Assembly (NCBI GenBank): GCA_013416795.1
Contig: RQSC01000015.1
Coordinates: 580,462 to 604,847, forward strand
From: Prasinococcaceae sp. CCMP 1430
Lineage: Eukaryota; Plantae; Prasinodermophyta
Direction of reading: 5' to 3'
DNA: 24,386 nucleotides
The position numbers were made by a program, and so were the translations under genes. Below the pieces are notes generated by a model that was given only the letters and a program-made list of their open reading frames with translations, ran no database searches and was not told the DNA's origin. This document shows, piece after piece, positions 17,797 through 24,386 of the stretch (position 1 is the stretch's first letter; every line of letters begins with the position of its first letter).

Positions 17797-19698
17797 CTAC
17801 CCATCGGTGAGGTGCCAGCATTGCTTCATGAGCGCCTCGAAGCGCGTGTCGTCGTGCACTCCGCCACTCTCGCACTCGTAGTACGCGACAAACGCGGCGT
17901 GCGGCACATGGCCGTGCTCAGCAGTTCCAGCACCCGGAGCTCCGCCTGCTGACGCCGAGAAGTGCGACACAAAGTCTCTGAGCACGCTTGAAGGCGAGGC
18001 CGACCCTTCAGCGACGCTCTGTGGATGCGTTGGCGCGGAGACGTCGTGTCCAGCACCAATCGTGCGCGCACCGGCAGAGAGTCGTCAGCACATGGGTGAG
18101 AGCAGAGGCGGTGAGAGAATCAATGTGCAAGTGCGTGTGCACGTGCGCGCGTGCGAGTGCGTACGAGGCGCGCGCATCTAGACATTCATCAATGCACGCC
18201 CGGCAGCACGCACCGGATGCACCCTCGGGTCAAACATGGCGATGAGCTCGTCAAGAGCGATCACGGGACGCCCGCGCGCAAGCAGTTCCCAGACGCGCTC
18301 GACCCATGCGCGTCGATACTCCGGCAATGCCCCCCGACACGCCGCGCCGAGGGCGTCCACAGGAGCGGCGTTCGCCCCCGCGTCTCCGGAGGGTCCCAGG
18401 GCATACAGGAATGCCGCGACCTTGTCCGCCTCAGAGACGTTGGCGATCCCAGCGAGCGCTTGCGAGAAGTCCCCATAGCCCACGGTTGCCACTCTACGTG
18501 CGCCTGCGGGCGCACCGTCGGGCGGCGCCAGCATCGACAGCGCCGAGAGGCGCTGCGTGAAGCGCAGCGCGCCGGCACCAGCGAGCGCCTGGCGAATGCG
18601 CATGAGCGCGTCGGCAGTGTCTGCTGGAGCGACGGGAGGCAGCGCGCTGCTTGACGCGGCGGCCGCCGCTGCATGGGAGGCGGCTTCGCCCGCAGCATGG
18701 GAGGCGGCTTCGGCCGCCGCCTCCTGCGACGCCGCTAGCTCCTGCTCCGCCCTCGACGCGCGCGTCTCCGCCTCGTCCGCCTGCCGACGTGCGCTCTCCA
18801 GCAGCTCCTGCATCTCCCAGTATCCGAGGGGCGATCCGCCGACCATCGACGCAGGAGGGCCGTACGCCGGCATTCCCTTCCCCGGCGATGCTTTGGGCTT
18901 CGGTGTCTGGTTCCACGGCCCGCCGGAGTTGTCGTCGAAGATCACGCCACTGCCGGACCGACCCGCGTGCGCATAGACGTGCCTTGCCTCGTTCCTTTGC
19001 AGTGCGTGCTCCTGCGCCAACTCCTGACGCGAGTCCGACGAGAGGAACGACCCAATCGAAGTGAGGGACCCGCGGGGGGCCTGCGAACGGCGGGCCAAGA
19101 TCACGGGCTCGGAGGAGCTCCAATCCGTCCCGAAGCTTGACTTGGTCCGCAGGTCGCTGCCCCGCCTCTTGAGCGGGGACGGGCTGACGTCCGCGCCGGG
19201 CCCGCCGCCTGCGAGTGCTGCGATCCCCGTCGATGGCCGAGACTTGGGCGTCATCCCGGGCCTGGTGGCAAGCTCGTCAGCCATGACGCCCGGGCCCGAG
19301 AGGCTCGACTTCCCGTGCTGATTGCTGCCCCGCCGCGCGACCCGCGGCGGGGTCGCGTCGGGCCCGCCGCCGGCGGTGAGCGCCGCCAGCGACGGCGCCG
19401 AGGAGCGTAGTGCCGGGCCGGGGGTCGCCGCGCGCGAGCGCAAGCGGCTGTGCCCGTCCAGCGCAGTGTCGAGCAGGACGCCGTTCGCCCCGAGCGACTC
19501 CAGTTTGGCGCGCGCCGGGTTGACCTTCTTCGCGCTCGCGCTGCCGTCGACTAAAGACACGAAGTCGGAGCCGAGGTGGCCGTGCCGCTGGCGCTCCGCG
19601 AACTGGTGCGCGTGCTGCCCGTTCAGGTAGGCCTCGCTTGCGATCTGCTGCGCGTCCAGGAACGCCTCGCGGACAGCTGGGTCCACCGAGTCCGCCAT
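17797..19698 (-). CDS. Calcyphosin-like protein with a long N-terminal extension. Exons 19698-18214 and 18018-17797.
   Basis: CRGALPEYRRAWVERVWELL...LDELIAMFDPRVHP|SVAEG...VLRDFVSHF...FVAYY...DDTRFEALMKQCWHL is the calcyphosin C-terminal signature. The phase-0 GT-AG intron has a gctgac branch site. Confidence 0.85.
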
Positions 19699-20144
19699 CG
19701 CGCCCGCCCCCCTCTCTTCGCAGCCCCGCCCCCGCCCAGCGGCCGCTCGTCCGCGCGCGCGCGCGCGCGCGCGCCCCCGCGCCGAACGGCCGCCTGGCGC
19801 GCCCTATGCACCCGTTTCTCGCCGACGCACACACCCCACCCCCCGCCCCGCCGCTGCGCACACCCGGCCGGTCAACACACTCTACGATGCGTGTGTATGC
19901 GTGTGCGTGTGCGTCCGTGCTCGTGTGCGTGCGTGCGTGCGTGTGCGTGCGCGTGCGCGTGTGTACCCGGCGACGACCCCGTCCGCGCGCGCGCGCCGGC
20001 CGCACGGCGGCTGCGCGGCACAGCTCCTCGCCCCGGCGCCGGCCCGGCCGGCCGCGCGATCGATCGCTCGCGCGTTACCCGTTTTGGGTCCCCCGCGACA
20101 CCCACACCCACCCAGCCGCAGCGCAGCGCCCCGCAGGCAGAGCA

Positions 20145-20168
20145 CCAACCAACCAACCAACCAACCAA
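20145..20168 (+). repeat. (CCAA)6 microsatellite
   Basis: Direct count. Confidence 0.9.
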
Positions 20169-20461
20169 GCGGCGCACGTGGTGGCCTTGCGGCGGGGGCT
20201 CCATCCAACCACCCACCCAACCTCCCGTCTGTCCCCAACCTCACCTCCCCCCTCCCACCCACCCACCCTCCCTGGCTGGCTGGCCGTGTTCGCGACGCGC
20301 TCTCTCGATCGATCTTCCGTCGGCCCTCGCCGACGCATTCGTTCACCGCGGAATCGCGTGCGACGGCGGGGCGTGCCCACCGCCCCACACACCCACACGC
20401 ACACTTCCCCCCCCCTCCCCCCCCTGCCACCCGCAGCACGCCGCGCGCGCGAGTTCCCCGA

Positions 20462-20485
20462 GCGCGCGCGCGCGCGCGCGCGCGC
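20462..20485. repeat. (GC)12 perfect alternating run (Z-DNA-prone)
   Basis: Direct count, 24 nt. Confidence 0.9.
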
Positions 20486-20501
20486 AAACGACAACATCCC
20501 C

Positions 20502-20779
20502 GGGTTTGACCCGTTTAACACCTGGTCTAAGCCCACGAAGCTCCGCTCAACATCCGAGATATCCCTGCTTGACCGGATTTAGCCTGAAAGGACCGACCCG
20601 GTCTACCGCCCCCGCGACTTCGTTGTAAGTCGCGCGAACTTTTGGGTTCGACCCGGTTGACGCCTGGTCTAATCCCACGGAGCTCCGCTCAACATCCCAA
20701 ACATCCCTGCCTGACCGGGTGTGTCCTCGAGGGGCGAACCCGGTCTACCACCGCGCGACGTTTTGTCGCGCGAACTTCT
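20502..20779. repeat. Two diverged tandem units of about 140 bp with conserved hairpins (candidate ncRNA or non-autonomous element)
   Basis: Units at 20502-20643 and 20644-20779 share cctggtctaa, agctccgctcaacatcc, atccctgc, gaccgg...acccggtctacc and gtcgcgcgaactt. Confidence 0.85.
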
Positions 20780-21331
20780 GTGAACGCTTTTTTGAATGTG
20801 CACTGCACATTCAAATTGAACTGAATTTCGGCCCATTTTCGGGTCGGAAATTCGGCCTTTTTTTTGTGGGGGACCTCGCGCCGGAGCCTTCGATGTACTC
20901 GTCGAGGACCTACTCGGTGTGTGTGTGTGGGGGGGGGGGTGTTGGCAAGGGCGGCGGCGGCGATGCCGACGGAGGCAGCGCGAGCGCGGTCGGCGCGTTC
21001 GGACGAGCTTCGCCCGCGTGCGTGCGCGGGCGCTGCGCCCCGCGGCCGCTCCCGCGAGGGCGCACGTGCGCGAGTGAGTGGCCTCCCGAGGCAGCGGCGC
21101 CCAGGCAGCGGCGCGTGCTCCTTCCGCCCTCATGTTGGTGGACATGTGCTCGTGGCGCCGCTTTACGATGCGCGAAGAGGCGAGCGGCGGCGTGCTACGG
21201 AGCGCGTCCTGTTGCAAAAATGTGTGGTCGTAGCGCGGCGCGTGCCGCGCGCCGCCCGCTCGCGCGCACGCCGGGTGAATGGCGCGTGCTCGCGAGCGGG
21301 CGGGGGCGGCTCGCGGGGCCGGCGAGCCAAC

Positions 21332-22110
21332 TCACATGGTGACGGTGGTGGCCGCCAGCGTCTGCTTGGTGGGCACACCGGTGGGCTCCTTCGCGAGCTT
21401 TCCCATGACGCTGAAGACGGCGCTCTCGATGATGCGCTCGGCATCAGCGGCGTCGGACGACGCGGCGTCGGCGCCCTCCGAGTTGCTCGCGGCGAGCGTG
21501 TCGAAGAGCTTGATCACGCGCCCGCGCGCCTCGATCACCGACGTGTCGAGCTGGGCCTCGAGCTGCAGCTGCGAGTCGTCGAGCAGCTCAGCGAGGTCGT
21601 CCTTGGACGCCTCCAGCGCGACCGTCTCGTCCTTGAGCGCCTTGAGCACGTTCAGCTCCGCCTTGGTCTGCGCGCCGAGGCTCTCCTGGATTCCGCTGAT
21701 CTTCGTGTCAAACATCTCGGCGATCATCGGGCCGGCCTTCTCGATGGTGCCGTAGGTGAACGCCATGAAGCAGAGCAGCACAATCACCTCCTCGTTCCAG
21801 ATGAGGACGTCGAGGGCCTGCCGAGCCACAGGAAGAGGCGCAGGAGGGGCGGGGTGGTGGTGGGGAAGTCACCACGGGACGAGAGAGGCAGCGGGGGCGG
21901 GCGATTCGCAGAGCGGCCTGTCAGCGCGAGAGGGAAGGGGAAAGGGGGGAAAACGCGGGTCCCGCGCGAGGCAGAGCGTTCCCCAGACGACGTCCGGTGT
22001 CGCGCCTACCGGGCGGCCTCCGCGAGCGGCGTCGCGCGCCGCGGCGCCGCGCGTCGCGCGGCGCCCGCGTGTCGCGCCAATTAGGGTTGGGNGGCGCGCG
22101 AGCGCAGCAT
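21332..22110 (-). CDS. ATP4: Mitochondrial ATP synthase subunit b (plant orf25/atp4 type), nucleus-encoded. The main exon is 21817-21332 and the 5' presequence exon(s) are uncertain.
   Basis: LIWNEEVIVLLCFMAF...GPMIAEMFDTKISGIQESL resembles plant mitochondrial atp4 (LIYNEEMIV..CFIGF...LDGRIQAIQEE). Acceptor ggcag| at 21818. A possible donor lies near 22009, and MLRSRA starts at 22110 next to an N. Confidence 0.78.
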
Positions 22111-22851
22111 CGCGGCCGAGCGGGGCGGAGAACGCGGGTGGGGGGTGGGGGTGGGCGCGCCGGCTGGCGAGGCCCGCGCCGCGCGCGCGCGGTGTGGGTG
22201 GTGCGCAGCAGGCAGGCACACATCGAATCCGAAATGCATACATTCCTATATACAACTCACATACATATATTCTGAATGGAAGTACCAGCACAAACTCATT
22301 CTGACATGACAACATGACAAATGAGGTTTGACTTCCTTAGGAGCGTCGTAGGTATTTTTTGACCTTCCGACGCGCGCGCGCGACGAATCGGCGCGCGCGC
22401 GGCACGCGCGCGCGCCCGCGCGGCGCGCGAAAAAAAAGGATTTGCGCGGATTTTTGCGCAGATGTGTGGACACGTGCAAATACATATCAAATACAGACCC
22501 TGTTGGGGGTACTTAACCAAAAGTACGCATGTCAAATTGAATTACAGTACGTAAAGGGATAGGGTTCAGTTGGAATATTTTTTTTACAAAAAAAATGCGC
22601 GCACGTCGAAACGGTCGGGTGCTTCGCAGGCCCCCGCAAACTCGCGGAAAATGCCACCGAAATCCACGTCAAATCGCACTCTTTTCACATTTATTTATAT
22701 TTATTATTTTAATGATGTATTCGTTTGCGCGCGCGCAGAAAAAAAAACCGTGTCGCGCGCTGCGCGAAATCGATGTCGCCCGTGGGGAGTGTATATGTAA
22801 AAATGGGGGTAAGGGTGCGTGTGTGCTGCGTCGCCCGACGCGCGAGCGCGC

Positions 22852-23715
22852 TCAGGCCTGTGGCCTCCTCCCGAAGTCCTCGGCGAGCAGCCAGTCGCCC
22901 AGCGCGGCCTTGTACTCGTCGGGGTAGGTGCGCATGTGCTGCACGTGCTTGCTGCCCACGAACTCGCGGCGCTCGGCGCGCGCGCCGGCCGCGCGCCGCG
23001 CCTCCACGAGCGCAGCGAGCTTGAGGTGGTCGCACAGCGGGTCGACCTCGCTGAAGAGGAAGAGCTCGCGGCGGTCGGGCGCCTGCTCCCAGGCGCGCCA
23101 GAAGTTGCGAGGATAGTCCCAGAAAAATCCAGCTGGGAGCGACAGCGAGGTGAACAGGAGCGCCACGAAGGGCTTCACCCAGGCCGGCTGCCCCTCGGTG
23201 ACCGCGCGGACGCCGGTCATGGGGTGCAGGTAGCACGGCGCCGAATCGAACGCTGCGCCAGCGAACGCGGCGGTGCAGCACGGAAAGCGCTGGGGGTCGC
23301 AGAGCCTGTCCTGCATCTCCTTGAGCACGAAGGCGCCGCCGTTGCTGAACACGAAGACGTACAGCGGGCGCTTGGAGTCACCCCCGACCAGCCCGCTCGT
23401 CTCCACTGCGCCCAGGCACTTGTCCGCAAAGTTGCGCCGCCAGCGGTCGGTGGGCGCCATCACGGCCACCTTGGGGCAGACGGACGTCAGGACGGCCACG
23501 CACCGGCCTTGCGATGTGACCGCCTCGCCGAGCGCCTCGCAGTACTTCTTGACGTGGCGCAGCTGCGCGCCGTACCATCCCAGGACGATGACCACCGGGT
23601 CACCGTCCCCCAGCAGCTCGCCGTGGCACGCCGTCTCGAACGCGACGTCCCCGAAGCGCTCCCCCGCGGCGGCGGAGAGGGCCGCCGCCGCGTCGCGCGC
23701 GTCGAGCTCCGGCAT
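22852..23715 (-). CDS. TMEM53/DUF829-family alpha/beta hydrolase-fold protein
   Basis: VIVLGWYGAQLRHVKKY, VFSNGG, FDSAP, LFLFSEVDPL, FVGSKHVQHMRTYPDEY. Confidence 0.9.
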   Translation of the reverse strand: MPELDARDAAAALSAAAGERFGDVAFETACHGELLGDGDPVVIVLGWYGAQLRHVKKYCEALGEAVTSQGRCVAVLTSVCPKVAVMAPTDRWRRNFADKCLGAVETSGLVGGDSKRPLYVFVFSNGGAFVLKEMQDRLCDPQRFPCCTAAFAGAAFDSAPCYLHPMTGVRAVTEGQPAWVKPFVALLFTSLSLPAGFFWDYPRNFWRAWEQAPDRRELFLFSEVDPLCDHLKLAALVEARRAAGARAERREFVGSKHVQHMRTYPDEYKAALGDWLLAEDFGRRPQA

Positions 23716-23891
23716 GTCCACCGGCAGCGGCGGCGGCGAGGGATCGGCGTGTGCCGCGGCTCATGTCTCCCGTGTGGGAAGCAGCCGTTCTTACCACGCG
23801 CCGCTGAGGAAATTCTTCAAGAGCTGGCCGCGCGGCGCTTCCGCAGCCGCCGCGGGCGCAATCCGTTTCGGTCCGGGCGATGACGCAACGA

Positions 23892-24041
23892 ATGCGATTT
23901 GATATGCAGTCTCCCGTGGTTCATGTTGAGCAGTTTCCTAGTGTCAGACGGTGCACACACCACGCACGCACGACGCAAGGCTGGCAAGACACTGACATGC
24001 GATTTGATATAGTCTTTCCCGTGGCTAAAGATGAGCATTTT
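23892..24041. repeat. Diverged direct repeat of about 45 bp, 105 bp apart
   Basis: atgcgatttgatat is exact at 23892 and 23997. Each copy is followed by agtct..cccgtgg..tgagca.ttt. Confidence 0.8.
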
Positions 24042-24323
24042 GAAGGCGTCGGACGGTGGTGGCGGGCGGGCGCCGCGCGCGCGGGGGCGCGCGCGGCGCA
24101 TTCGTTTCGGGCTAGATCCGCTCGCAGGTCAGAACGCAGGCGAATTCGCGTGCGCGTGCGCGCGCGCGCGCCGCCACAGCGTGCGCGCGGGGCGCGGCGA
24201 GGGGTGGTGGGGGTGGTGGTGGGGCGTGGCCCCGTGGCGGAGGCAAGCCCGGCGCGCGCCTCCCTCCGAGCGTCTCCCTCCGCCCTCTCTTTTCCCCCCG
24301 CGCGCAGACGCGCGGGCGCGGCC

Positions 24324-24386
24324 ATGTCGTTCCTCGCGGCGCTCAAGAAGGCGGCGCCCGCGCCGGCGGAGCCGGCTCCGGCGGCG
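24324..24386 (+). CDS. 5' end of an unidentified gene (MSFLAALKKAAPAPAEPAPAA...) running off the right edge
   Basis: gccATGt start context and GC3-rich codons. The frame is open to the window end. Confidence 0.55.
   Translation, partial: MSFLAALKKAAPAPAEPAPAA

Noticed and set aside
20502-20660. tRNA, U1 or U4 snRNA
   Set aside because: There are only fragmentary resemblances (GGTTCGACCC, CACGAAG, CGACTT-7nt-AGTCG before an Sm-like aacttttgg). There is no cloverleaf, no ACUUACCUG 5' end and no U6-pairing region, and these bits are not all conserved in the second unit.

Overview
GC-rich eukaryotic nuclear DNA from a draft scaffold, with one 91-N gap and three isolated single Ns. It is gene-dense, with short GT-AG introns carrying CTRAC branch points and CA/TG microsatellites. 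The DnaJ-ferredoxin gene, plant-type atp4 and TTTAGGG-like motifs suggest a green alga (inference). Genes in order: (1) a membrane protein with an XK-like 'LEDVPQ' TM bundle fused to near-identical 84-nt RI-type LRR repeats that vary mainly at concave-face codons; (2) a short Tudor-less SMN gene (minus strand) interrupted by about 400 bp of alphaproteobacterial methyl-accepting chemotaxis gene and followed by a second YG-box copy; (3) SLC35B3/PAPST2-type transporter; (4) bromodomain protein; (5) mitochondrial IF2; (6) a large protein with a ZNF451-type PIN-like domain; (7) DnaJ-ferredoxin (CDJ3/4/5 type); (8) calcyphosin-like protein; (9) nucleus-encoded plant-type ATP synthase subunit b (atp4); (10) TMEM53/DUF829 hydrolase; (11) the start of another gene. 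Non-coding features include a 63-bp palindromic minisatellite beside telomere-like motifs, a tandem pair of about 140-bp hairpin-rich units, and a diverged direct repeat of about 45 bp. No database searches were run. Family calls come from recognised motifs.
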